Of a stretch of DNA of 64,000 bases, positions 48,115 to 58,055 are shown one piece after another (within the stretch, counting starts at the first letter, position 1; every line of letters starts with the position of its first letter). The stretch lies in the NCBI GenBank assembly GCA_045545795.1, contig JAZQBN010000043.1, positions 15,001 through 79,000 on the forward strand, written 5' to 3'. The notes beneath the pieces were generated by a model. That model was not told where the DNA came from. It saw only the letters and a program-made list of their open reading frames with translations, and searched no databases. The DNA is from Oscillospiraceae bacterium (GTDB taxonomy: Bacteria; Bacillota; Clostridia; Oscillospirales; Ruminococcaceae). A program made the translations under genes and the position numbers.

Positions 48115-49497
48115 TTACTTCTTCTTTTTCAGCTTTCTCTCGGCAAAGCCTTCCTTGATGCACTGTTTGCCGCGTTCGATACCAAGCGCACCGTCAGGAA
48201 CGTCCTCGGTAATTGTTGAGCCAGCCGCTGTGTAAGCGCAGTTGCCGATTTTAACGGGAGCGATAAGGTTTGTATTGCAGCCGATGAAAGCGCCGTCACC
48301 GATTACGGTTCTGTACTTGTTTGCACCGTCATAATTGCTTGTAACCGTGCCGCAGCCGAGGTTTACGCCGCTTCCCACATCGCTGTCGCCCACATATGTA
48401 AGGTGGGAAATAGACGTTTTTTCGCCGATTGTGGAGTTCTTGACCTCGACGAAATCGCCGATTTTAACGCCTGACTTGATGTGGCTGTTGGGTCTTATAT
48501 GTACGAACGGACCAATCTTCACGCCGTCCTCAATTCTCGACTCGTAAGCCTGAACGCTGTTGAGGATTGTCTTATCGCCCACGGTGCAGTTTTCCACAAC
48601 CGTATTCGGACCAATCACGCAGTCGCTGCCGATAACGGTATTGCCACGCAAAATCGTGCCCTGTAAAATTTTTGTACCTGCTCCCACAACGACATCTCTG
48701 CCGATGGAAACTCCGTCCGTGCAGACAAACTCCACGCCGTCGTCCATAAGCTTTTCGATAACCGCCATTCTTGCCGCATTGTTGAGCCTGAGCAGTCCCT
48801 TTCTGTCGTTTGCACCCATAACCACGTCAGGGTTAGGGGATATGTAAGCGTCGGCACGGTAACCTGCTCCGATAAGGATTTCCACCGTATCGGTGAGGTA
48901 GTATTCGCCCTGAGCGTTGTTGGGCTCAAGCTTTTCAAGTGCTTCAAGAAGCTTTTCAACGTCAAACCAGTAAGCACCCGAATTTATCTCACGGATTGCC
49001 TTCTGCTCAGCGGTTGCGTCCTTTTCTTCAACAATGGCACTTATGCCGTTTTCGGTACGGATAATTCTTCCGTAGCCCGTAGGATTGTCAATTTCGGCGG
49101 TAATCACTGTTACAGCGTTGCCCTGTGAGGTATGCTGTTCAAGTGCCGCCTTTACAGTGTTCTCGTCAACAAAGGGAGCGTCGCCGCAAAGCACGATAAC
49201 GTTGCCGCCGATATGCTTTTTCAGCCACTCCTCAGCCATCATAACTGCGTGACCCGTACCCTTGCGCTGGAGCTGGAAAACAGTTTCGCACCTGCCGTCA
49301 AGGTAATTCTCGATAACCTCGGAATTGTACCCCGTAACGACGCACATATCGTCAACTCCCGCCTTTTCGCAGGCTGACATAACCCACTTCAGCATAGGCT
49401 CGCCCAGCACCTCGAACATAGGCTTCGGAAGCTCCGATTTCATTCGTTTTCCCTGTCCGCCCGCAAGAATTACGGCACAGGAAGCGATATTACTCAT
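48115..49497 (-). CDS. glmU: bifunctional UDP-N-acetylglucosamine diphosphorylase / glucosamine-1-phosphate N-acetyltransferase
   Basis: AVILAGGQGKRMKS plus C-terminal left-handed beta-helix hexapeptide repeats. Confidence 0.94.
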   Translation of the reverse strand: MSNIASCAVILAGGQGKRMKSELPKPMFEVLGEPMLKWVMSACEKAGVDDMCVVTGYNSEVIENYLDGRCETVFQLQRKGTGHAVMMAEEWLKKHIGGNVIVLCGDAPFVDENTVKAALEQHTSQGNAVTVITAEIDNPTGYGRIIRTENGISAIVEEKDATAEQKAIREINSGAYWFDVEKLLEALEKLEPNNAQGEYYLTDTVEILIGAGYRADAYISPNPDVVMGANDRKGLLRLNNAARMAVIEKLMDDGVEFVCTDGVSIGRDVVVGAGTKILQGTILRGNTVIGSDCVIGPNTVVENCTVGDKTILNSVQAYESRIEDGVKIGPFVHIRPNSHIKSGVKIGDFVEVKNSTIGEKTSISHLTYVGDSDVGSGVNLGCGTVTSNYDGANKYRTVIGDGAFIGCNTNLIAPVKIGNCAYTAAGSTITEDVPDGALGIERGKQCIKEGFAERKLKKKK

Positions 49498-49819
49498 AGT
49501 ATAATTCTCCCGATATATAAATATTTGTAGATTTCACGATAAAATGCCGTATATTCAATATTACCATACACAGCACACAACTACTGTATATTATGCCATA
49601 TCTGAAACCAAATTTCAAGCGGATTTGACGTCTTTCCTCAACATTTATTTTTATTGTGCAAAGTGTACAAAAAGATGTTTGCAAATTTCCTGCGATTTGG
49701 TATGGAAAAAGTGGCAATTATCTGCTATAATATATCTATGACCGTGTGCCTTGAAAAAGACGTGTTCAAAAGTTGTTTTAAGCTGCACGGTGAACTTAAT
49801 TTTATTGGAGGTAATACCA

Positions 49820-52441
49820 ATGGCAAAGCAGTATTGTTATTTGTTCTCCGAGGGTAACGCTAATATGCGTGAAATTCTCGGCGGTAAGGGTGCTAACCTT
49901 GCAGAAATGACCAATATGGGTCTTCCTGTACCACAGGGCTTCACAATTTCCACTGAAGCTTGCACAGCTTACTACGATGACGGCAGAAAGATTAACGACG
50001 AAATTCAGGCTCAGATTAACGAATATATCGTTAAGATGGAAGAAGTTACAGGCAAGAAGTTCGGCGACAAGACTAACCCTCTTCTCGTTTCCGTTCGTTC
50101 CGGTGCTCGTGCATCTATGCCTGGTATGATGGATACTATCCTCAACCTCGGTCTTAACGAAGACGTTGTAAATTACATGGCTGAAGCTTCCAACAACCCA
50201 CGTTGGGCTTGGGACTGCTACAGAAGATTTATCCAGATGTACTCCGACGTTGTTATGGAAGTTGGTAAGAAGTACTTCGAAGAACTCATCGACGAGATGA
50301 AGGAAAAGAAGGGCGTTACTCAGGACGTTGAACTCACAGCTGACGACCTCAAGGAACTCGCTGGTCAGTTCAAGGCTGAATACAAGGCTAAGATCGGTGC
50401 AGACTTCCCAACTGATCCTAAGGAACAGCTTATGGGTGCTGTAAAGGCTGTATTCCGTTCATGGGACAACCCTCGTGCTAACGTATACCGCCGTGACAAC
50501 GATATCCCTTACTCCTGGGGTACTGCTGTAAACGTACAGATGATGGCATTCGGTAACATGGGTGACGACTGCGGTACAGGTGTTGCATTTACTCGTGACC
50601 CTGCTACAGGTGAAAAGAAGCTCATGGGTGAATTCCTTACAAACGCTCAGGGTGAAGACGTAGTTGCAGGTGTTCGTACACCAATGCCTATCGCTCAGAT
50701 GGAAGAAAAGTTCCCTGAAGCTTTCAAGCAGTTCACAGATGTTTGCGCTACACTCGAAAACCACTACCGCGATATGCAGGATATGGAATTCACTGTTGAA
50801 CACGGTAAGCTCTATATGCTCCAGACAAGAAACGGTAAGAGAACTGCTCAGGCTGCTCTCAAGATCGCTTGTGACCTCGTTGACGAAGGCATGAGAACAG
50901 AGCAGGAAGCTGTTGCAATGATCGACCCAAGAAACCTCGATACACTCCTCCACCCACAGTTCGACGCTGCTGCTCTTAAGGCTGCAACTCCTATGGGTAA
51001 GGGTCTCGGTGCTTCCCCTGGTGCTGCTTGCGGTAAGATCGTATTTACTGCTGAAGACGCAGAAGCTTGGAACGCAAGAGGCGAAAAGGTTGTTCTCGTA
51101 CGTCTCGAAACATCCCCGGAAGATATCACAGGTATGAAGGCATCTCAGGGTATCCTCACAGTTCGTGGCGGTATGACATCCCACGCTGCTGTAGTTGCTC
51201 GTGGTATGGGTACTTGCTGTGTATCCGGCTGCGGCGATATCAAGATGGGTGAAGAAAACAAGCAGTTCACACTCGCTGGCAAGACATTCCACGAAGGCGA
51301 CTGCATCTCCATCGATGGTACAACAGGTAACATCTATGACGGTCTTATCCCAACTGTTGACGCTCAGATCGCTGGCGAATTCGGCAGAATCATGGCTTGG
51401 GCTGACAAGTTCAGAACTCTCAAGGTAAGAACAAACGCTGATACACCTGCTGACGCTAAGAAGGCTCGTGAACTCGGCGCTGAAGGTATCGGTCTCTGCC
51501 GTACAGAGCACATGTTCTTCGAAGCTGACAGAATTGCAGCATTCAGAGAAATGATCTGCTCCGATACAGTTGAAGAAAGAGAAGCTGCTCTTGCTAAGAT
51601 TGAACCAATCCAGCAGGCTGACTTTGAGGCTCTCTACGAAGCTCTCGAAGGCAACCCTGTAACAATCAGATTCCTCGACCCACCTCTCCACGAATTCGTA
51701 CCAACAGAAGAAGCTGACATTGCTGCACTCGCTGCTGCACAGGGCAAGTCTGTTGAGACAATCAAGAACATTATCGCTGGTCTCCACGAATTCAACCCAA
51801 TGATGGGTCACCGTGGATGCCGTCTTGCTGTAACATATCCTGAAATTGCTGCAATGCAGACAAAGGCTGTTATCAAGGCTGCTATCAACGTTAAGAAGAA
51901 CCACCCAGACTGGGCTATCGTTCCTGAAATTATGATCCCACTCGTAGGCGAAATCAAGGAGCTCAAGTACGTTAAGGACGTTGTTGTTAAGACAGCTGAC
52001 GAAGTTATCGCTGCTGCTGGTTCCGACCTCAAGTACGAAGTTGGTACAATGATCGAAATCCCAAGAGCTGCTCTCACAGCTGATGATATCGCTAAGGAAG
52101 CTGACTTCTTCTGCTTCGGTACAAACGACCTTACACAGATGACATTCGGTTTCTCCAGAGACGATGCTGGTAAGTTCCTCGATGCTTACTATGATACAAA
52201 GATTTTCGAAAACGACCCATTTGCTAAGCTTGACCAGACAGGTGTTGGTAAGCTTATGGATATGGCTATCAAGCTCGGTAAGCCAGTAAATCCAAAGCTC
52301 CACATCGGTATCTGCGGCGAACACGGCGGCGACCCAACATCTGTTGAGTTCTGCCACAAGATTGGTCTTGACTATGTATCCTGCTCACCATTCCGTGTGC
52401 CGATTGCAAGACTCGCTGCTGCTCAGGCTGCACTCAGATAA
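49820..52441 (+). CDS. ppdK: pyruvate, phosphate dikinase
   Basis: MAKQYCYLFSEGNANMREILGGKGANLAEM..., GGMTSHAAVVARGMG (catalytic His), CGEHGGDP. GGAGG RBS before the ATG at 49820. Confidence 0.96.
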   Translation: MAKQYCYLFSEGNANMREILGGKGANLAEMTNMGLPVPQGFTISTEACTAYYDDGRKINDEIQAQINEYIVKMEEVTGKKFGDKTNPLLVSVRSGARASMPGMMDTILNLGLNEDVVNYMAEASNNPRWAWDCYRRFIQMYSDVVMEVGKKYFEELIDEMKEKKGVTQDVELTADDLKELAGQFKAEYKAKIGADFPTDPKEQLMGAVKAVFRSWDNPRANVYRRDNDIPYSWGTAVNVQMMAFGNMGDDCGTGVAFTRDPATGEKKLMGEFLTNAQGEDVVAGVRTPMPIAQMEEKFPEAFKQFTDVCATLENHYRDMQDMEFTVEHGKLYMLQTRNGKRTAQAALKIACDLVDEGMRTEQEAVAMIDPRNLDTLLHPQFDAAALKAATPMGKGLGASPGAACGKIVFTAEDAEAWNARGEKVVLVRLETSPEDITGMKASQGILTVRGGMTSHAAVVARGMGTCCVSGCGDIKMGEENKQFTLAGKTFHEGDCISIDGTTGNIYDGLIPTVDAQIAGEFGRIMAWADKFRTLKVRTNADTPADAKKARELGAEGIGLCRTEHMFFEADRIAAFREMICSDTVEEREAALAKIEPIQQADFEALYEALEGNPVTIRFLDPPLHEFVPTEEADIAALAAAQGKSVETIKNIIAGLHEFNPMMGHRGCRLAVTYPEIAAMQTKAVIKAAINVKKNHPDWAIVPEIMIPLVGEIKELKYVKDVVVKTADEVIAAAGSDLKYEVGTMIEIPRAALTADDIAKEADFFCFGTNDLTQMTFGFSRDDAGKFLDAYYDTKIFENDPFAKLDQTGVGKLMDMAIKLGKPVNPKLHIGICGEHGGDPTSVEFCHKIGLDYVSCSPFRVPIARLAAAQAALR

Positions 52442-52583
52442 AGATAGGCGAACGCCTTTTCACACATTCAGCATAGGTTTTGACGAGGCTAAAGCCTTCC
52501 GAAAAGCCACAGGCTCGTACCTGAGAGAAAATCAATGGAACGACCTGACTGTTGATGTTTATCTGGAATATTAAAACAATATG

Positions 52584-52619
52584 CCCTCTCATTACTGAAA
52601 AGTAGTGAGAGGGTTTTGT
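52584..52619 (+). terminator. rho-independent terminator downstream of ppdK
   Basis: CCCTCTCATTACT-gaaa-AGTAGTGAGAGGG followed by TTTT. Confidence 0.75.
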
Positions 52620-52925
52620 ATTATTCTTCACGTAAAACAAAGAACAATGTAATTCTGCACAATCCAATAAAAACAGATGATAGAAAAATCATTCTCCTAT
52701 GTTATAATGAAAACTAGCATCATAATCTTCGAATATTCTATAACCATTACTTAGATTCTTTTGATGCACTGTCTCCTTTTCGTTGTAGCATACACAATAT
52801 CCACATAAAGGTACGCAAGCCAAAAAACTTTTCAGCAATGAGCAGCATAATATATTATTTCTCTTGGGAAACAAGTGAAGCCAGTAAAAGTTTATAAAAT
52901 CTACTTATATGATGAGCGAAATCGC

Positions 52926-52954
52926 TTGACATTATTCGCAAAAAAGAATATAAT
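52926..52954 (+). promoter_or_regulatory. perfect-consensus sigma-A promoter of the methyltransferase operon
   Basis: TTGACA (52926-52931)-17 nt-TATAAT (52949-52954), about 20 nt upstream of the GGAGG RBS. Confidence 0.65.
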
Positions 52955-52976
52955 ATATAGGACGGAGGTGATGGCT

Positions 52977-55724
52977 ATGGAATATATATCTGCACAAGAA
53001 GCTGCAGAAAAATGGAGAATCACAAAACGAAGAGTTCAAGTGCTGTGCTCTACCAATAGAATTGAGAATGCAGTACGCATAGGTAATATGTGGGTTATTC
53101 CTAAATCTGCAGAAAAACCATCTGATAGCCGTTTTAAATACAAATCCGAACAAAAAAAGAGCCCTTCCGAAAATCCAATCAGGCTTGCAAGAAATAAAAT
53201 TAAAGCCATTACAACACATGCAATGCACCAATTGCTGGATAAAGGATTTTCAAGTGAAGACGCCAAAAAAGCTCTAATAACAAAGTTTAGCGTGGAACTG
53301 TTAACATATTTTTTCTCGGATGACACCCATCTTGTCAAAGACACTTTTAAAAATAAGGCGCAAGAGGTCATTTCTCAAATAACACATAACGAAGCAAATA
53401 CTTTGGATGTGCTTGCAACAACTGATGAAGATATGCAAGTGTTTATTCGTGAATATCCCTTCTGCTGTGATGATGCATTATCTTGGTGCTACCAGTACGC
53501 CAATAAAATGGTCGATGGATCCATTTATAGTAACACGCAATTTTTCACGGAAAAGTACATGATCACAGCTTTGGTGGATAGTATTGAGATTAAAAGCAAA
53601 TCAAAGATATTGGATCCCGCATGCGGTGGTGCTAATTTTTTAATATACTGCCTTGATGTTCTCACTGAAGATCTTGCATATAAAAATGATGATGCTATCA
53701 CGAAGAAATCAATAGCTGAATCTTTGCATAAATTATACGGATATGAAATAGATTCGACATTGGCCATGGTTGCGTCAATCAATCTGCGCTTGAAGTGTAT
53801 TAGCATATTATCGCTTTTAGGATGCAGTATTGATATTAGTGATTTTTCTTTTTTTGTTCCCAATATTTTTTCTCCTCAGGCCCGTACAATTTCAGGAGCC
53901 TTGGCGATAAACAAGGAGCAGCAAAGTGTATTAAAAATCGGAGAATCTTCAATTGTTGAAATATCCGAGGTTTTTAGCAATGTTGAAATTGTAGTAACAA
54001 ATCCGCCATTTCAAACCATTAAGGGTATGCCTGATAATTTGAAGTCTTTTTTGAAAACCGAATATCCATTATCCAAATGTGATATGTGCAACGCATTTAT
54101 TGAAATGTCAAACGCTATTTTGGTTGATGAAGGAGTCGCAGGTATTGTAACGCAAAACAGCTGGATGTATCTTGACAGTTTTGAAGAGTTGAGACGAAAC
54201 ATGTTGTTGTTCTGCAAAATTCGAAACATTTATGAACTTGGATCGAATGCTTTTTACGATCTTAATGGTGAAAAATCAAATGTTGCACTATTGTTGTTTA
54301 CAAAAAAGACGCCTAACAAAGGTCACACAGTACAACTGACTTCGCTTAAAACTTTGGAATTGGCTCAAAAAGAGACACTATTAACAACGCAAGCTCCATT
54401 GGATCATTATTCGCAGAAAATATTACAAGAAGATATTCTTTCAAATGTGGAATCCAGATTCGATATGATTAGTTCTACTAAATTGAGAGAACTTATTTTT
54501 AAGCATGAACGTTATGAAACATATGCAGTGCCAATGCAAGGCACCTCTACAGGTGCATCAAAAGAGCTCATAGATTATTTTTGGAATCATATCGGAGATA
54601 CTGATTGGATTCCAGTTAGCAAAGGCGGAGGATACTCGCGCTGGCAAGGATTAAACCATTACTGTGTAAAGTGGGGTAAAAACGGAGAGTACATAAGAGC
54701 TCAAAAAGGTTCTGCAATCAGAAATGCCAATTACTTTGAGAAAACACAAATGGTTTTTAGTGATACGGGAACCTCAGGACTGAACGTTCGAGAACTTAGA
54801 GACGGACAAATATTTGTTGCTTCCGGTCCAGGCATCCGAATTAAACAAGGGGGAATTTATGCGCATTTGGCTTTTTTGAATTCTCGCATTTCATCCTATT
54901 ATATCAGGTTGTTATCACCTAAATTAACCATAGCTGCAGGATATATCGCCAAAATACCCGTATGTTCAGAAATTATCGAATCCGCATTGTTAGATGAGTG
55001 TGGCAGGATATGTTTAGAGGCAAAAAAGAGACGCTTGTCCAAACGTCCTTATAATATGGAATTTATGAGCACTACTTTCAGAGAACACATTTCTCTTGAA
55101 GATTTGGCTCATAGATGGTTTATTCAAGACATTGAAGATGAATGGATTCAACTGCAAAATGAATATTTAATTGACGAATATATTTGTTCTATATTTGATT
55201 TAACCCAAAATGATTTATCAATCATCGATGACTATATTGGCACTAAATTGATAAAATCACGTGGAACAGATGAGGCGATTGATGAAGAGCAACTCTGTGC
55301 TGTGCTTATAAATGCTTTGGATTACAATTGCAATGTTTCAAGAACCAAGTCGAGTAAAAAATCATTAGGGTGTGATGGGATTGTCGAATATCTATCACAA
55401 AAAACAGATTGCTCGTGCGAAGTGATTGTTAATTATATTCTTGTTAACAATTTTTATCCAAAAGCTATTAAAGAGCAATATGAAAACCTTTTTCTTCACG
55501 CCATTATAATGTCTGCACTTAGTTATTCGAATAAGAATCGTAGAATCTCCATATCTCGTGTGATAGAAGATTCAAATATTGTGCAACAAATGGATTTATT
55601 GCAGTTCAAAAAATGGGTAAACGATAATTTTAACATAGTACATAAGGAGGCTTTTCTTAAATCTCCCATTTATGTATTTGATCCTATATCGGATGAATTT
55701 ATTTGTGTAAAGGAGAAACAGTAA
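52977..55724 (+). CDS. HTH-fused N6-adenine DNA methyltransferase, PglX/Eco57I-like (gamma class) with large C-terminal target-recognition region
   Basis: N-terminal MerR/excisionase-like HTH ISAQEAAEKWRITKRRVQVLCSTNRIENAVRIGNMWVIPK. SWCYQY...TQFFTEKYM, motif I ILDPACGGANFL, motif IV VVTNPPF. C-terminal WIPVSKGGGYSRWQG...FLNSRISSYYIRLLSPKLTIAAGYIAKIPV. Confidence 0.8.
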   Translation: MEYISAQEAAEKWRITKRRVQVLCSTNRIENAVRIGNMWVIPKSAEKPSDSRFKYKSEQKKSPSENPIRLARNKIKAITTHAMHQLLDKGFSSEDAKKALITKFSVELLTYFFSDDTHLVKDTFKNKAQEVISQITHNEANTLDVLATTDEDMQVFIREYPFCCDDALSWCYQYANKMVDGSIYSNTQFFTEKYMITALVDSIEIKSKSKILDPACGGANFLIYCLDVLTEDLAYKNDDAITKKSIAESLHKLYGYEIDSTLAMVASINLRLKCISILSLLGCSIDISDFSFFVPNIFSPQARTISGALAINKEQQSVLKIGESSIVEISEVFSNVEIVVTNPPFQTIKGMPDNLKSFLKTEYPLSKCDMCNAFIEMSNAILVDEGVAGIVTQNSWMYLDSFEELRRNMLLFCKIRNIYELGSNAFYDLNGEKSNVALLLFTKKTPNKGHTVQLTSLKTLELAQKETLLTTQAPLDHYSQKILQEDILSNVESRFDMISSTKLRELIFKHERYETYAVPMQGTSTGASKELIDYFWNHIGDTDWIPVSKGGGYSRWQGLNHYCVKWGKNGEYIRAQKGSAIRNANYFEKTQMVFSDTGTSGLNVRELRDGQIFVASGPGIRIKQGGIYAHLAFLNSRISSYYIRLLSPKLTIAAGYIAKIPVCSEIIESALLDECGRICLEAKKRRLSKRPYNMEFMSTTFREHISLEDLAHRWFIQDIEDEWIQLQNEYLIDEYICSIFDLTQNDLSIIDDYIGTKLIKSRGTDEAIDEEQLCAVLINALDYNCNVSRTKSSKKSLGCDGIVEYLSQKTDCSCEVIVNYILVNNFYPKAIKEQYENLFLHAIIMSALSYSNKNRRISISRVIEDSNIVQQMDLLQFKKWVNDNFNIVHKEAFLKSPIYVFDPISDEFICVKEKQ

Positions 55725-58019
55725 ATGAACAATATTGCATCAAGTATTTCATCAGCGATATTAGAACTTGTACAAAAAAAATACAATGGGGAATATTCTA
55801 ACATCAAGGAAGTCAAACTTTTTTGGCACAATTATAATTATTTAATGTTTTCTTACGCTAATTTGAAAAAGCTGAACAGGAAAACGAAAGCACTTACATT
55901 GAATGATTTGTGTGCTCTTAACCTAATACCTGCTACTTTACTTCAATTTGAGAAAGAGAATAAATTGCTCATTTCAACTCAACTCGATAGATGCGTAAAC
56001 TTGATTGTATCCAACAATTGTAATCTTTCGTTATTGAGGGAGTTTTTGCTGAACGAAGAGTTGAGAATAACAAAAAGCAGTGTATGTGTAAAGCACGGAA
56101 AAGTGTCTAGAGATGTAACTGGATCATACTACACTCCCCAAGAATTAGCTCAAGCTATTGTTCAAAAAAGTTTTGACAACTCGTTTTCCGAATTGATATC
56201 TCAAAATGCCATTCATGACATTAGAATTGCGGATTTATCATGTGGAAGTGGTGAGTTTTTGTGGGCAACACAGGAATATTTAAAAACTCATTATCAGATA
56301 TCCTATGAAGATTCAGCTGTGTTTCTTTGGGGCTTTGATGTTGATCCTATCGCTCTGCAAATAACATTATGCGAATTGTTGAGCCGTGCCAAGCAATCAA
56401 ACTGGTCCGATATTATTAGTCATTTTTTAGTGGCAAACCCATTGGTGTCCACCCAAGCCGAAGGTTCATTTGACAGAAAAAATGAGTTATTTGCGCTAAA
56501 TAGAATTTATGCAGCAGAGATGGGAATTGATTTTTCTACACACAGTAGTATTAAAGACTTTGATATCATTCTGGGAAACCCTCCTTGGAAAAAAATCAGA
56601 TTTGAAGAGAGAAAATTCTTCTCTTGTTATGAACCTCAAATTTCTGAATTGTCCAAAAAGGATGATAGAGAAAAAGCAATCAATAATCTGAAAATCGAGT
56701 GGAATGAATTATATTCTTGGACAAAAGAAATATCTGCTGATTACTCCATAATGTGTAGTGGTAAATTTGTTCATCCACATATTAAGAAATCGGTTGTGGG
56801 CGAATTAAATACATATTCCCTTTTTACAGAACTGTCTTATTCTTTGTTGAATAATAGTGGATTTACTACACTTATTGTAAAAAGCACGTTGGCCACTACA
56901 CCTGCACACAAGAATCTGTGGAGCAATTTGCTTTTGAACGGAGCGATAAAATCGCTTTTATTCTTTGAAAACAAAAAGAAGATATTCAATATCGATTCCA
57001 GAGAACGTTTTGCTGTCATTTCGCTCACTAAGTCTAATAATGAGAGTTTTGATTTTTCTGCGGGTTTAGAAACTGTGTCTGATCTTCAAAAATGCTCGGT
57101 AATACCAATAACATCATCGATGGTTTTGTCAATCAATCCTTTTACCAATATGCTTCCTAATGTCTCAAGTATAGAAAGTATAAAAGTATTGGTAGATGCG
57201 CATCAAAAAATGCCTTTGTTTGAACACGTGTATCCCGATTGTCATTTTGGCCGCTTGATACATTTAACTGCGCATGCTGATCAAATAACCACAACACTTA
57301 ATGATGACGTTGTTCCTATTTATGAAGGCAAGTTTTTGGAACAGTATGATGCTCGCTATTCTACCTTTGCTGGTTTGGCAAAAGAACGAAAATATGCGCC
57401 AAAAGCTTCTGCTGTAAAAAATGTCGAGAACTGTGGTTATAAACCTTTTCCAGAAAGTCGCTATTTTGTTCGCAAAGAATTGTGGGCTAAATATACAGAT
57501 CAATATAATCAAGACTTTTCTTTGTGCTGGAGAAGCTTAACTTCTCCTACCAATGCAAGGACTATGATTGCTATGATTTTGCCGACTTGTCCTACATGCC
57601 AGTCCATTCAAATGCTTCAAATTGAGAGCGACAAAAATCTACTAATGTTGCTTGGTTTGTTTAATTCTTTGCCTTTTGATTATTTCGTTCGATTAAAAAT
57701 GCCAGGGATTGATCTTACTCAAAGCGTTATTAAACAAATTCCTGTTCCAAATCCTTCTGCATATGAAGAAAAGTGTTTGTATTATGGCAAAAACGAAACA
57801 TTAGAATTTCACATTTTGGCTAGCATTTATCATTTGATAAAGTCCGAAGAAATACTAATGCCATTGGTAGAGAGAACCCGAACATTAACTTATCAAATTG
57901 ATGATAGTTTTTCAAAGGACGAAATAAAAAAGAATTTAGATAATATGTTTGCTCGAGCCTATCAAATTAGTGATTTAGACTTTTCGAAAATAATAACGAC
58001 TTTTTCAAAATATCAATAA
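55725..58019 (+). CDS. second N6-adenine DNA methyltransferase (Eco57I-family, NPPW)
   Basis: GSYYTPQELAQAIV, motif I IRIADLSCGSGEFL, motif IV IILGNPPWKKIRF. C-terminal region PIYEGKFLEQYDARYSTF...FNSLPFDYFVRLKMPG...IKQIPVP. The ATG directly abuts the upstream TAA. AAGGAG RBS. Confidence 0.8.
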   Translation: MNNIASSISSAILELVQKKYNGEYSNIKEVKLFWHNYNYLMFSYANLKKLNRKTKALTLNDLCALNLIPATLLQFEKENKLLISTQLDRCVNLIVSNNCNLSLLREFLLNEELRITKSSVCVKHGKVSRDVTGSYYTPQELAQAIVQKSFDNSFSELISQNAIHDIRIADLSCGSGEFLWATQEYLKTHYQISYEDSAVFLWGFDVDPIALQITLCELLSRAKQSNWSDIISHFLVANPLVSTQAEGSFDRKNELFALNRIYAAEMGIDFSTHSSIKDFDIILGNPPWKKIRFEERKFFSCYEPQISELSKKDDREKAINNLKIEWNELYSWTKEISADYSIMCSGKFVHPHIKKSVVGELNTYSLFTELSYSLLNNSGFTTLIVKSTLATTPAHKNLWSNLLLNGAIKSLLFFENKKKIFNIDSRERFAVISLTKSNNESFDFSAGLETVSDLQKCSVIPITSSMVLSINPFTNMLPNVSSIESIKVLVDAHQKMPLFEHVYPDCHFGRLIHLTAHADQITTTLNDDVVPIYEGKFLEQYDARYSTFAGLAKERKYAPKASAVKNVENCGYKPFPESRYFVRKELWAKYTDQYNQDFSLCWRSLTSPTNARTMIAMILPTCPTCQSIQMLQIESDKNLLMLLGLFNSLPFDYFVRLKMPGIDLTQSVIKQIPVPNPSAYEEKCLYYGKNETLEFHILASIYHLIKSEEILMPLVERTRTLTYQIDDSFSKDEIKKNLDNMFARAYQISDLDFSKIITTFSKYQ

Positions 58020-58053
58020 ATAACGGGGTTACGAATATCGTAACCCCGTTATT
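58020..58053. terminator. bidirectional terminator between the convergent MTase operon and the PLD nuclease gene
   Basis: ATAACGGGGTTACG-aatat-CGTAACCCCGTTAT, a perfect 14-bp stem. Confidence 0.85.
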
Positions 58054-58055
58054 TA

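Noticed and set aside
50459-52357. 632-aa minus-strand ORF inside ppdK. Similar long antisense ORFs lie at 24014-25387, 11124-11864, 11928-12731, 22865-23644, 27448-28197 and 8218-9051.
   Set aside because: These are shadow ORFs opposite strongly supported genes. The translations are Cys/Ser/Val/Leu-rich with no motifs and no RBS. They arise from the codon bias of the sense genes.
52344-52574. 76-aa ORF overlapping the ppdK 3' end and continuing to 52574.
   Set aside because: The part beyond the ppdK stop has no start codon or RBS of its own. It is possibly a remnant of an older gene but is not supportable as a CDS.
52689-52874. 61-aa Cys-rich minus-strand ORF upstream of the methyltransferase operon, considered as a possible controller protein.
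   Set aside because: It has no HTH or other motif and no convincing RBS. It overlaps the AT-rich promoter-proximal region and is most likely a chance ORF.
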